A stretch of 64,000 nt of DNA from contig CM075996.1 in the NCBI GenBank assembly GCA_038087875.1, forward strand, positions 7,380,001-7,444,000, given 5' to 3'. The position numbers and the translations under genes were made by a program. Below are positions 24,135 through 38,102 of this stretch, piece after piece (the stretch's first letter is position 1; every line of letters begins with the position of its first letter). The notes under the pieces were generated by a model that saw only the letters and a program-made list of their open reading frames with translations, was not told the origin of the DNA and made no database searches. The DNA comes from Malacoraja senta (taxonomy: Eukaryota).

Positions 24135-26785
24135 AATTTTCACAGTAACAAAGTCAATACATTTGACCAGACATGATGAGCAGTATATCTACAGTGTAAT
24201 GTTCAAAAGATAATAACGTGGTCATCGTTGCATTCTTAAGTCTTGTTGATCCTTATGGGAATTGGCTCATTTGCTGTTGGCAGTCCTATCCTAGCCTAGC
24301 CCTGTGGCCATAAAGCCAGTCTAGTTTTGTTTAGTATATTCAGCCCAGAAACAGGCCCTTCAGCCCACCGAGTCCGTGCCAGCCAGGGATCCTCGTACAC
24401 TTAGCACTATGCTACACGCTAGGGACAATTTCCAATTTTTACTGAAGCCAATTAACCTCCAAACCTGCGCGTCTTTGGAATGTGGGAGGAAACCGGTGCA
24501 CCCGGGGAAAACCCACGTGGGTCACGGGGAGAAGGTACAAACTCCGTACAGACAGCACCCGTAGTCAAGATGGAACCCGGGTCTCTGGCGCTGTGAGGCA
24601 GCAACTCTACCGCTGCGCCAGCGTGCCTGCCGCCCATCGTCCTTGTAGCAAACTGCGATCACAGGATCACAACTCCTGGGCTTTGCCAGATGGGAGAGTT
24701 ATGGAGTGGACAGCAACTGTATCCTGGGGAGGTGGCAGTATCTCAGACAGTGCGGGGACAATATCGAGGCATTCTACCACCTTGTGGACAGTGGTCTTGT
24801 TATAGGAGTCGACAAAATGGCGGCAAGGTGGCGCAACGCCAGAGGTCCAGACTACAGGCGCCGTCCGTACGTTCTCCCCGTCACCTGCGTGGGTTTTCTC
24901 CGGTTGCTCCGGCTTCCTCCCGCACTCCAAAGACGTACAGGTCTGTAATTTAGTTAGCTTCAGTACATTGTCCCCGGTGTGTGGGATAGTGCTAGTGTAC
25001 GGGGGTGATCAGTGGTCGGCGTGGACTTGATGGGCCGAAGGGCCTGTTTCCGCGCTGTAGCTCTAAAGTCTGAAAAGTTGAAAGGGGAAAAGGGGGAGGG
25101 ATGGGGAAAGTAGTTCAGAAGAAGGGTCCGAAAAGGGGTCCCGACCCGAAACGTCGCCTATCCATGTTCTCCTGAGATGCTGCCTGACCCGCTGAGTTAC
25201 TCCAGCACTTTGTGTCCGCCCTTGCTGTGTACAGATTACCCAACATGTTTCCTATATGGGCAGTCCAGGGGTTATGCAAGGGTTTTGTCCCTGAGAACTG
25301 CGCTTAAGCAGATTACTCAGTACATTAGAAACATCTATGATCTTTTCCTACCCAAATCCAATCACTCTGCATACACTTGCTATAATTCTTTTAGTCATAC
25401 AGGCCCTTCCGCCCAACTTGCCCGCACCGACCAACATGCTCCAGCTACACTAGTCCCACCTGCCTGCGTTTGGTCCATATCCCTCTAAACCTGTCCTATC
25501 CATGTACCTGTCCAGATACTTCTTAAATGTTGCGATAGTCCCTGCCTCAACTACCTCCTCTATCCACAACACCCACCACCCTTTGTGTAAAAAAGTTACA
25601 CCTCCGCTTCCTATTAAATCTTTCCCCCTTCACCTTAAACCTGTGCCCCCTGGTTCTTGTCATCACATTTGTGTCAAGTCATCAAATATGGGAGCATCTT
25701 CTACCTTCATCATTGAAGGAGCTTACCGATTTGAGAAGGCAGCCTGCCATTACTTTCCCCATTAGAGATGCTTGTGGTAATAAGTTCATAAGTTATAAGA
25801 GCAGTTCATATGTTATATTTGGCACATTAAGTCTATTCCACCATTCTATCGTGGCTGAGCTAACTCTCCCTCTCAACCCCATTCTCCTGCCTTCTCCTTG
25901 TAACCCCTGACACCCGTACTGATCAAGAATCTCTGCCTTAAAAATATCCATTGACTGGATCTGGGATGCTGATCTACGATGTATCTAAGTATAGTGATAC
26001 TTGTATTGAACTGTACACAATAAGGACGTTCACTGTACCTTGGTACACGTGACAATAAACTCAACTCAACTAAACAAACAAAACTAAGGAGCAAAATAAG
26101 TGATAGGAGCAAATTTAGGCCATTCGGCCCATCAAATCTACTCCACCATTCAATCGTGGCTGACTTATCCCTCCTAACCCCATTCTTCTGCCTTCTCCCC
26201 ATAACCCCTGACACCCGTACTAATCAAGAATCGATCAACAGTATCTCTGCCTTAAAAATATCTATTGACTTGGCCTCCACAGATTCACCACCCTCTGACT
26301 GAAGAAATTCCTGCTCATCTCCTTCCCAAAGGTATTTCCTTTTATTCTGAGGCAGTGCCATTTGGTCCTAGACTCTCCCACTAGTGGAAACATTCTCTCC
26401 ACATCCATTCTATCCAGGGCTTTCACTATTCGCTAGGTTTCAATGAGGTACCCCCTCATCCTTCTAAACTCCAGGGAGTACAGGCCCAGTGCTGTCAAAT
26501 GCTCCATACGTTAACCCAATCATGCTTCCATGTCACCACACCTCCTCAATGTTACCCATCATTAAGCCAGTGGAATATATTCTTATCAGGTGAGTAGTTA
26601 ACACCACAAAGTATTTTATTAAATATTGCTACCTTGAAAGATGCTTTAACTATCTATGGGTGAATTTGTGTGGTCAAGTCATCTCTAACCCAGTAGCCTC
26701 TGCATTACAATGTTGACCGCTCCTCAAAAATATCTACAAAGCGCTGAGGGATTTTCCTGAAAAAGAATGCAAAAGGTGCTATACA

Positions 26786-27100
26786 GGGCGGCCCGGTGGC
26801 GCAGGGGTGGAGTTGCTGCCTTACAGCGCCAGAGACCCGGGTTCGATCCTGACTGTGGGTGCTGTTGGTCTGGAGTTTGTACGTTCCCCCCGTGACCTGC
26901 GTGGGTTTTCTCCGGGTGCTCTGGGTTCCTCCCACACTCCAAAGACGTACAGGTCTGTAGGTTAGCTGGCTTCGGTAAAAATTGTAAATTGCCCCATAGT
27001 GTGGGTAGGGCAGTGTAAGTGTGTACCGGGGTGATCGCTGGTCGGTACGGACTCGGCGGGCCGAAGGGCCTGTTTCCGCGCTGTATCTCTAAAGTCTAAA
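26786..27100 (+). mobile_element. tRNA-derived SINE (HE1/V-SINE-like), representative full copy; many others, e.g. ~890-1102(-), 6705-7035, 11250-11555, 12325-12625(-), 24325-24625(-), 28263-28480, 30177-30482, 34507-34800
   Basis: Pol III A-box (GGTGGCGCAG.GGT) and B-box (GGTTCGATCC), conserved central domain, CR1-type 3' tail ending in short tandem repeats. Confidence 0.9.
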
Positions 27101-27264
27101 ATGTAGCTTGACGAGGGGATCGCTATGGGCCGCATAGTTCTTTAACCACTGAACGTTTTACTCTTCAAGGGATTTTCCGTGGCTCTGAACTCTAACTGGG
27201 GCCCATTGTTGGGAGGTCAACGATACCTGTTCACGTTTATTATTTACATTTCCTTCTCGTCGCT

Positions 27265-27382
27265 TCAGTCGAGATCGGAGTCGGAGTGCAGTGAAATCTG
27301 TTCGGCCATTTGCTGCACCGTCTCGTCTAAAGGCGTGAGCTTCCCGTCACAGCCGACCACCATAGGCTGGATTATCTGTTCC
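27265..27382 (-). CDS. ric8a: RIC8 terminal exon (EQIIQPMVVGCDGKLTPLDETVQQMAEQISLHSDSDLD*)
   Basis: cAG acceptor, phase 2, IQPM motif and acidic SDSD tail; TGA at 27267-27265. Confidence 0.95.
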
Positions 27383-27528
27383 CTGTCACCAAATGGAAAC
27401 CAAACGGCATTAGGAACAATTATACACCAAATGGCCCCCTCAGCCCATCGCACAGTCTAACATCATCATGGTGGATCCATCTTGCTACATCAACTTATCC
27501 GCAAAACAGTGCAGCACGGAGGCGCAGC

Positions 27529-27914
27529 GGTAGAGTTGCTGCCTAACACCGGTAGAGTTGCTGCCTCACAGCGCTAGAGTTGCTGCCTCACAGCAGTAGA
27601 GTTGCTGCCTAACAGCGCTAGAGTTGCTGCCTCACCGGTAGAGTTGCTGCCTCACCGGTAGAGTTGCTGCCTAACAGCGGTAGAGTTGCTGCCTTACAGC
27701 GGTAGAGTTGCTGCCTCACACCGGTAGAGTTGCTGCCTCACCGGTAGAGTTGCTGCCTCACCGGTAGAGTTGCTGCCTCACAGCGGTAGAGTTGCTGCCT
27801 TACAGCGGTAGAGTTGCTGCCTCACACCGGTAGAGTTGCTGCCTCACCGGTAGAGTTGCTGCCTTACAGCGCTAGAGTTGCTGCCTAACAGCGGTAGAGT
27901 TGCTGCCTTACAGC
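27529..27914 (+). repeat. Tandem array of ~18 x 20/22-bp SINE A-box segment (also 38195-38573)
   Basis: (GGTAGAGTTGCTGCCTCA[CAG]C)n inside a single SINE. Confidence 0.95.
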
Positions 27915-29431
27915 ACCAGAGCTCTGGGTTCGATCCTGACTGTGGGTTCTGTCTGTACAGACTTTGTACGTTCTCCCCGTGACCTGCGTGGGTTTTCTCC
28001 GAGATCTTCGGTTTCCTCCCGCACTCCAAAGACGTACAGGTTTGTAGGTTAATTCGCTTGGTGTAAATGTAAAATTGTCCCCAGTGTGTGTAGGATAGTT
28101 TTAATGTGCGGGGATCGTTGGTAGGCACAGACTCGGTGGGCCGAAGGGCCTGTTTCCGCACCGTATCTCAAAACTAAACATCATACGGCCCCTCCAACCC
28201 ATCCCACAATCTAACTTTATGTTGGGTGATCCAACTTCCTACATCTCCTTAGCCGCAAAACAGGGCGGCACGGTGGCGCAGCGGTAGAGTTGCTGCCTCT
28301 CAGCGGCCAGAGACCCGGGTTCGATCCTGACTACGGGCACTGTCTGTACGGAGTTTGCACCTTCTCCCCGTGACCTGCGTGGGTTTCCACCGGCTGCTCC
28401 GGTTTCCTCGCATGCTCCAAAGACGTGCGGGTTTGTAGGTTAATTGGCTCCGACAAAAAAAAAATTTGACCTTAATGTGTAAGGCATTGGAATGACATAC
28501 AACTAGTGGGGCAGCCTAGTGGCACTAGTGGAGTTGCTGCCACTGCTGGGAATGGGAAGCGAGGAATGGGAATTGGGAGGGAATGGGGGAGTCACAAATG
28601 GAAGATGGGATCCAGGATGAGCCTGTGGAGTCAGGCATGGGTGAAAGGAATCAGGAAACTGGGTCACCAAACCCACAGCCAACAATGGCCTGTTTCCTTT
28701 ACCATCAATACTTTTTTGCATATCTTTCATTCATTTGTTCTATATCTCTCTATATTCAAGATTCAATATTCAAGGGAGTTTATTGTCATGTGTCCCAGAT
28801 AGGACAATGAAATTCTTGCTTTGCATCAGCACAACAGAATATAGAAGCATGAATACAGGCATGAAGGCATATATCACCGTCTATATCTCTTGTTTGCCTT
28901 TCCCCTGACTCTCAGTCTGAAGAAGGGTCTCGACCCGAAACATCACCCATTCCTTCTCTCCAGAGATGCTGCCTGTCCCGCTGAGTTACTCCAGCATTTT
29001 GTGTCTATCTTCAGAGAAGTGGGAGCGGGATCAGGAAAGGGAGACAGACACAAATGCTGGAGTAACTCAGCGGGACAGGCAGCATCTCTGGTGAGAAGGA
29101 ATGGGTGACGTTTCGGGTCGAGACCCTTCTTCCGACTGAGAGTCAGGGGGAAAGGGAAACGAGAGATCCTTCAGACTGAAGAAGGGTCTCGACCCGAAAC
29201 GTCACCCATTCCTTCCCTCCAGAGGTGCTGCCTGTCCCGCTGAGTTACTCCAGCATTTTGTGTCTATCTTTGATTTAAACCAGCATCTGCAGTTCTTTCC
29301 TGCACATCGGGGAAGGGGGGTTGGACTGGGGATGTGTGGCGGATGGAATGGAGCGGAGGGAAAGAGTGTAGGGGTGTAAGTCATATCCGACGCCCATCCG
29401 AGATCCCCCTGCACACTCCTCTTGGAAGTAC

Positions 29432-29551
29432 CTGGATAATTTGTCGAACATGCTGATAAGCTTCATGGCTTCGTATTCCTTCTGCTCCTCCGTCATTCCC
29501 TCCATGGGGTCAGGGAGCTTCTCCTCCACGCGGCCTGTGACGGGGTTTATA
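29432..29551 (-). CDS. ric8a: RIC8 exon 9 equivalent, copy B
   Basis: Same translation as 40085-40204 with intact splice sites. Confidence 0.93.
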
Positions 29552-30580
29552 CTGGGGAGAGAGAAGTTCAGTTTAGAGATACAGCGTGGAAACAGGCCCT
29601 TCGGCCCAGCGAGTCAGCGCAGACCAGCGATCCCCGCGTACGCTATTCTACACACTAGGGGCAATTTACAGAAGCCAATTAATCTACAAACCTGCCCGTT
29701 TAATTTAGTTTAGTTTAGTTTAGAGATACAGCGTAGAAACAGGCCCTTCGGCCCAACGAGTCAGCGCAGACCAGCGATCACCCCGTACCCTGTCCCAAAC
29801 ACTAGGGGCAATTTACAGAAGCCAATTAACCTAGAAACCGGCACGTTTAGTTTAGTTTAGAGATGCAGAGTGGAAACAGGCCCATCGGCCCACTGAGTCC
29901 ATGCCGACCATCGATCACTAGCACTATCCAACACACTGGGGACAGTTTACAATTTTTATCCAAAGCCAGTTAGCCTACAAACCTGCACGTGGTTAGAGTG
30001 TGGGAGGAAACCGGAGCACCCGGAGAAAACCCACGCAGGTGATGGGGAAAACATACAAACTCCGTACAGACAGCACCCGTGGTCAGGATCGAACCCGGGT
30101 CTGAGGCGCTGTGAGGCAGCAACTCTACCGCTGCGCCACCCCACAAGAATGAGTTTAATGATACGTTTAATTTGACGGGGGCAGCGGTGGAGTTGCGGCC
30201 TTACAGCGATCGCAGCGCCGGAGACCCGGGTTCGATCCCGACCGCGGGTGCTGTCTGTACGGAGTTTGCACGTTCACCCCGTGACCTGCGTGGGTTTTCT
30301 CCGAGATCTTCGGTTTCCTCCCACACTCCAAAGACGTGCAGGTTTGTAGGTTAATTGGCTTGGTGTAAATGTAAAAACATTGTCCCCCAGTGTGTGTAGG
30401 GTAGTGTTAATGTGCGGGGATCGCTGGCCGGTACGGACTCGGTGGGCCGAAGGGCCTGTTTGCCGCGCTGTATCTCTAAAGCTATAAAAGTCAATAGTCA
30501 GGCCCAGCGTGAGCTGGTGGGGTTCCTGCTCCACCCCCCACACCCGCCGCCGCCTGCAGTCGATCGGTCGGTCGGCTTAC

Positions 30581-30725
30581 TTGGGCTTTGCCTCTTTATA
30601 TTCCTCCGTGTCTGTGTCCTCTTCTTCGGAGTACTCCCCTTCTCCTCGTCCGCCGCCCAGCAGGCCCCGAGCGGCCAGCAACCCCGCCGCGTTCCCATAG
30701 CCCGTGTACTTCACGAAGCGGGACA
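30581..30725 (-). CDS. ric8a: RIC8 exon 8 equivalent, copy B
   Basis: Same translation as 41229-41373 with intact splice sites. Confidence 0.93.
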
Positions 30726-30769
30726 CTGCAACGCCACAGCCACGCACACGGTGGTGGGTAGAGGGGATA

Positions 30770-31296
30770 ATGGGGGAGAGAGGGGGATGGGGGGGTGGGG
30801 GCAAAGAGAGTATGGTGAAAGGAGACAGAGAGAGAGAGAGAGAGGGTGGTGGGTGGGGGATGGGATAGAGAGAGAGAGAGGGAGAGGGTGGGGGATGGGA
30901 TAGAGAGAGAGAGAGGGAGAGAGAGAGAGAGAGAGGGAGAGAGAGAGAGAGAGGGGTGGGGGATGGGAGAGAGAGAGAGAGAGAGGGTGGGGGGATGGGA
31001 TAGAGAGAGAGAGAGAGAGAGAGAGAGGGTGGGGGATGGGATAGAGAGAGAGAGAGAGAGGGTGGGGAATGGGATAGAGAGAGAGAGAGAGAGAGAGAGA
31101 GGGTGGGGGATGGGATAGAGAGAGAGAGAGAGAGGGTGGGGGATGGGATAGAGAGAGAGAGAGAGAGAGAGAGAGGGTGGGGGATGGGATAGAGAGAGAG
31201 AGAGAGAGAGAGAGGGTGGGGGGATGGGATAGAGAGAGAGAGAGAGAGGGTGGGGAATGGGATAGAGAGAGAGAGAGAGAGAGGGGGGTGGGGGAT

Positions 31297-31339
<43 letters not shown>

Positions 31340-31386
31340 GGGGAATGGGATAGAGAGAGAGAGAGAGAGAGAGGGGGTGGGGGATG

Positions 31387-31421
<35 letters not shown>

Positions 31422-31600
31422 GGGGAATGGGATAGAGAAAGAGAGAGAGAGAGAAGGGGTGGGGGATAGGATAGAGAGAGAGAGAGAGAGAGAGGGTGGG
31501 GGATGGGATAGAGAGATAGAGGGTGGGGGGATGGGATAGAGAGAGAGAGAGAGAGAGGTGGGGGGTGGGATAGAGAGAGAGAGTGGGGAGGGGGGCAAAG
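30770..31600. repeat. Polypurine minisatellite GGGTGGGGGATGGGATA(GA)n (also ~41420-42050)
   Basis: Direct reading. Confidence 0.95.
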
Positions 31601-31846
31601 AGAGAAATGTGAGAGTATGGTGAAAGGAGACAGAGAGAGAGAGAGAAGGAGGGGGGACGATAAGGAGAGGGAGGGTGGAAGAGGGAGAGAGGAAGGGGAG
31701 AGGAAGGGGGAGAGGGAGGGGGGTGAGTGGGGAGGGGAGAGGACAGAGAGAGAAGGGTGACAAGAGTCATAGAGGGAGGGGGCGAAGGGTGACAGTGTAT
31801 GAGTGGGGAGACAGAGACGGTGTCAGGTGACAGAGAGAGGGATGAT

Positions 31847-31877
<31 letters not shown>

Positions 31878-32487
31878 GGCTGACAGAGGATGGGAGCATG
31901 AGTGGGGATGGGTGGGTGGCAGAGAGACGTGAGGGAAGATAGAAGAGGCAGCGGGGGAAGAGAAGGGCAGGGAGGGGGGAGGGTGGGAAAGTGTGAAGGG
32001 GGAGAGAGTGTGACAGAGAGGCAGGAAGAGGGGTTGAATGACAAGGTTAAAGTGAGAAAGAAAGCGTGGGAACAGAAAATAAATGTACACAAACGCAAAA
32101 CATCAGAGAGTGGAAGGAAAAACAAGAGAGCACTGGAGTAAAGAGGACAGACAGCTTTACTGGAGAACGTGAATAGGTGATGTTTCAGCCCGAAGTTTCT
32201 CAGAGATGTTGCCTGTCCCGCTGAGTTACTCCAGCACTTATGGGTTTTTTTTTGCAAACAAGCACCCGCAGTTCCTTGTATATAGATAGAATATATATAT
32301 ATATTGTAGAAAGATAGAATATATATATATATATTAGAGAGAGAGAGAGAGAGAGGGGGGGGGGGGGAGAAAGAGGGGGAGAGAAAGAGAGAGTGAGGAG
32401 AGAAAAGAGAGAGAGACACACACACACATGCAGAGTGAGAGGCGGAGAGGGGAAGAGAGAGAGAGAGAGGGGGAAGTGAGAGACAGA

Positions 32488-33380
<893 letters not shown>

Positions 33381-36300
33381 AGACCACTCTTGACCATTTC
33401 CCATCATACAGAGCCTAGGACAGTGCAGCACAGGGACTGGGCCATCAGCCTACAATGTCTGTGTTGAACATGAGGCCAAGAAAACTAATTGCATATCTAA
33501 AAGCCTCTTCAAGGCCACCTGGGTCTGTTGTGCTGGTGTTTTATGTTGGACCTTCCTGAGCATGCCTGATGGAGCTACATTCACTCTCTATGTCCTCGCC
33601 CGCCCGGTTGGGAGGTGTTACACTGAAATGGGTCGATACCAGGTGGACAAAGCGGAGACAGGGGTGGGGGGGGATGCTGGGTCACCACGCCTGCTCACCT
33701 CCGCCACCTTGTGGCCGACAATTCACAACGTCCTCTCGACTGGTGTCAGAAATTCTAGTTTAGAGAAACAGGCCCTTCGGCCCACCGAGTCTGCACCAAC
33801 CAGCGATCCCCATTACACTAGCACTATCCTACACACACTAGGGACAATTTACAATCTTTACTGAAGCCAATTAACCTACAAACCCGCATGTCTTTGGAGT
33901 CTTTGGGAGGAAACCGGAGCACCCGGAGAAAACCCACGCGGGTCACGGGGAGAACGTGCAAACTCCGTACAGACAGCACCCGCAGTCAGGATCGAACCCG
34001 GGTCTCTGGAGCTGTGAGGCCTGGGTAGGAAGGAACAGCAGATGCCGGTTTACACCGAAAATAGGCGCAAAATGCTGGAGTAACTCAGCGAGTCGGGCAG
34101 CATCTCTGGAGAAAAGGAACGGGTGATGTTTCGAGTCGAGACCCTTCTTCACGCCTAGCAGATAAGATAGTGGGTATGTAGTGGCAAAGACCTGTAGATA
34201 CTGGTTTACAAAAAAATGTGGTTACTAAGCATTTTACTATGTCCTTAGTTTAGAAACAGCACAAAGATATAAGACTGCAGATGCTGGAATGAATGCTGCA
34301 GTAATTCAGCGGGTCAGGCAGCATTTCTGGAGAACATGGATCGGTGACGTTTCAGGTTGGGACCCTTCTTTAGACTGCTTGTGAAGGGGTGGGGGGGGGA
34401 AGGAAGCTGGAAGAGAGGGGGGGGTGGGGGCAGGACAAAGCACTGCAGATAAAAGATGAGCACAGGGAAGGGGGGGGCAGATGGTCGGACAAAGGCCGTA
34501 GATGAAGCGGCACGGTGGCGCAGCGGTAGAGTTGCTGCCTCACAGCCCCGGGTTCAATCCTGACCTCGGGCTGCTGTCTGTACGGAGTCTGTACGCTCTT
34601 CCTGTGAAAGCACGGATTTTCTCCGGGTGCTCCGGTTTCCTCCCACACACCAAGGACGTGCAGGTTTGTAGGTTAATTGGCTTCTGTAAATTGTTCCCTA
34701 ATGTGTAGGATAGAACTAGGGTACTGGTGATCGCCAGTCGGCGTGGACTCGGTGGGCCGGAGGAGTGTTTCCACGATGTATCTCTACACTAAAGCAGTAA
34801 ACTAAGGTGGAAGAACAGAAGGTGTGAGGTAAAAGGATTGAAGAATTGCAAATTGTTAAGCCAGAGGAAGGAATGCGTGGAGGGGGAGTGGAGAATGAGG
34901 TGTGTGTCCAGGTGGGCCATCTGCTTCCACCATTCTGAAGGAGCGTCCCAGCCCAAAACATCGTCTGTCTGTTTGCTTCCACAGATACTGCCTGACCCGT
35001 TGGGTTCTTCCAGCATTTTTTTTTTCCGCTCAAGATTCCAGCATCTGCCGTCTCTTGTATCCCTGTGTGGGTTCTAATCTAAGTCAGAGTCGTACAGTGT
35101 GGAAACAGGCCCTTAGGCCCAACTTGCCCACACCGACCAACATGTCCCATCTACACTAGTCCCACCTGCCTGCATTTGGCCCATATCCCTCTAAACCTGT
35201 CCTATCCATTTACCTGTCTAATTGTTTCTTAAACGCTGCAATGGTCCCTGCCGCAACTACCTCCTCCGGCAGCTCGTTCCACACACCCACCACCCTTTGT
35301 GTGAAAAGGTTACCCCTCCGATTCCTATTCAATCTTTCCCTCTTCAGCGTTAGCCTATGTCCCCTGGTTCTCGATTCCCCTACTCTGGGCAAGAGACTCT
35401 GTGAGGATAGAATAAAATGCTTAGTAACGAACAGGTCATTCCTAAAATGCTGCTCCTAAACTCCCTCACTAGTGGAAACAGCCTCTCCACGTCCACTCTA
35501 TCCAGGCCTTTCTTTATCCGGTCGGTTTCGATGAGGTCTAACCTCCAGCGAGTACAGGCCCAGAGCTGTCAAACGCTCCTCATACGTTAACCCAACCATC
35601 CCTGGGATCATTCTCGCAGACTACGGAGAGTCGGCATGTCAAAGAGGATTCTCCCGAACTTCTACAGGTGCACGGTAGAGAGCATACTGACTGGTGAAGT
35701 GAAGGGACTGCAGTGAAGAAAGCGAATGGCATGTTGTCCTTTATAACAAGAGGAGTCGAGTATAGGAGCAAAGAGGTCCTTCTGCAGTTGTATAGAGCCA
35801 TAGTGAGACCACACCTGGAGTATTGTGTGCAGTTTTGGTCCCCTAATTTGAGGAAGGACATTCTTGCCATTGAGGGAGCGCAGCGTAGGTTTACAAGGTT
35901 AATTCCTGGGATGGCGGGACTGTCATATGCTGAGAGAATGGAGCAGCTGGGCTTGTACACTCTGGAGTTTAGAAGGATGAGAGGGAATCTTATTGAAACA
36001 TCTGAGATTGTTAAGGGTTTGGACACGCTGAAGGCAGGAAACATGTTCCCGATGTTGGGGGAGTCCAGAACCAGGGGCCACAGTTTAGGAATAAGGGGTA
36101 AGCCATTTAGAACGGAGACGAGGAAACACTTTTTCTTACAGAGAGTTGTGAGTCTGTGGAATTCTCTGCCTCAGAGGGCGGAGGAGGCAGGTTCTCTGGA
36201 TGCTTTTTAAGATGTTAAAGATAGGGGATATGGGGAAAAGGGGTTATGGGGAAAAGGCAGGAACGGGGTACTGATTGGGGATGATCAGCCATGATCACAT

Positions 36301-36781
36301 TGAATGGCGGTGCTGGCCCGAAGGGCCGAATGGCCTACTCCTGCACCTATTGTGTATTGTCTATTGTCTATTGGTTGTATCGTGGCTTGGTTCGGCAACC
36401 TGATCATCCAGGAGCGGAAACGACTGCAAAAAGTTGTGACCACTGCCCAGTCCATCACCGGCTCTGACTTCCCCACCATCGAAGGGATCTATCGCAGTCG
36501 CTGCCTCAAAAAGGCGGCCCACATCATCAAAGACCCCACACACCTTGGCCACACACTCATTTCACCATTGCCGTCGGGAAGAAGGTACAGGAGCCTGAGG
36601 ACTGTAACGTCCAGGTTCAGGAACAGCTTCTTCCCTACAGCCACCAGGCTATTAAACACAACAACGAATAAGCTCTGAACTATAACAGACTATTATTATC
36701 CAATCCCTCTATGAGTTTAAACACCAACCTAACATCACCCCCTCAGTCGAATGTAAACTTTGATGCTGTGGGTAAGTCTTA

Positions 36782-37114
36782 AGGGCCCGTCCCACTTACG
36801 CGACTTTTTCGGCGACTGCCGGCACCCGTCATAGGTTGCCGAAAATGTTCAACATGTCGAAAATCCAGCGACGACCAGAAAGACGCTACGACTCTTTGGG
36901 CGACTGAGGAGACGACTCACGGCCATACAGGCGACACCCTGGTGACATGTCGCGGGGTGAAGCCTGTACGGTCGTGAGTAGTCGCCCAAAGAGTCGTATC
37001 TTGTTCTGGTCTCCGCTGGATTTTCAACATGTTGAAACATTTACGGCGACCTGTAACGGCCTATGACGGGTGCCGGCAAGTCGCCGAAAAAGTTGCGTAA
37101 GTGGGACAGGCCCT
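36782..37114. mobile_element. Harbinger-like MITE (duplicated copy at 47350-47682; relatives at ~12110-12306, 21326-21540, 60210-61003)
   Basis: TIR AGGGCCCGTCCCACTTACGC / GCGTAAGTGGGACAGGCCCT with TTA/TCA flanks. Confidence 0.78.
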
Positions 37115-37774
37115 TCAGAGTGCGCTCAACCGTCTTCTCCACCCTCCACCCCCACACCTCCGTACCTTCCCCCTCCACCTGTTTCTCCCCTCTCCTCATC
37201 TCCATTCCCCCCCCCTCCCCTCCTCTGTTCCTCCCCCCCACTTCAGAACCTCCCCCCTCCCACAGCTCCTCCCCCCTCCCCACCTCTCCTCAGCTCACCC
37301 CCCCCCAAACTGTCCCTCCTCCGCCTCCTTCTCCCCTCCGCCTACCAACCCCGTTCCTCCCCCCCATCCTCCGCTCCTCCCGACCCCATTCCTCGCACCT
37401 GCCCCCACCTCCATTCCACCCCCCCCACCTTTATTACTTCCCCCTCCCCCCGCAATGCCCCTCCCCACCGTTCCTCCTGCCTACTCCTCAACCTCTGTTC
37501 CTCCCCCACCCCCACCCCCATCTCCCCCCTCCACCCACCACCGCCATTCCTACCCCCTCCATTCCTCCCCCATCCTCCCTCAACCTCCATTTTCCCCCCA
37601 CTCCTCTCCCCCTCTCCCATCCCCTCAACATCCACCCCCCCTCCCCATACCCCTCAACCTCTTCCCCCGCACTCCTTCCACCCCCTCCTCCCCCGTTCCC
37701 TCAACCTCCGCCCCTCCCCCTCCCCACCGTTCCCCCCGCCCCTCCCCCGGTGAGGGGGGGGAGGGTCCGCTCAC

Positions 37775-37902
37775 CGTTCTCCTTGCACAGAACGAAGAGG
37801 AAGTCGGCTGCACAGTGCTTGACGTCGGTGTTGATGTGGGTCATCAGACGCACCAGCTTGTTGCGCAGAGTCTCCCCCACCTCCGGCCGGTTCCTCACGT
37901 CC
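37775..37902 (-). CDS. ric8a: RIC8 exon 7, second copy truncated by the N-gap
   Basis: Matches 48343-48470; the 5' part runs into the gap at 37903. Confidence 0.8.
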
Positions 37903-38102
37903 NNNNNNNNNNNNNNNNNNNNNNNNNNNNNNNNNNNNNNNNNNNNNNNNNNNNNNNNNNNNNNNNNNNNNNNNNNNNNNNNNNNNNNNNNNNNNNNNNN
38001 NNNNNNNNNNNNNNNNNNNNNNNNNNNNNNNNNNNNNNNNNNNNNNNNNNNNNNNNNNNNNNNNNNNNNNNNNNNNNNNNNNNNNNNNNNNNNNNNNNNN
38101 NN
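37903..38102. other. Assembly gap (200 N)
   Basis: Run of N. Confidence 1.

Noticed and set aside
26786..26860. tRNA genes
   Set aside because: A/B boxes continue into SINE bodies and tails; these are SINE heads.
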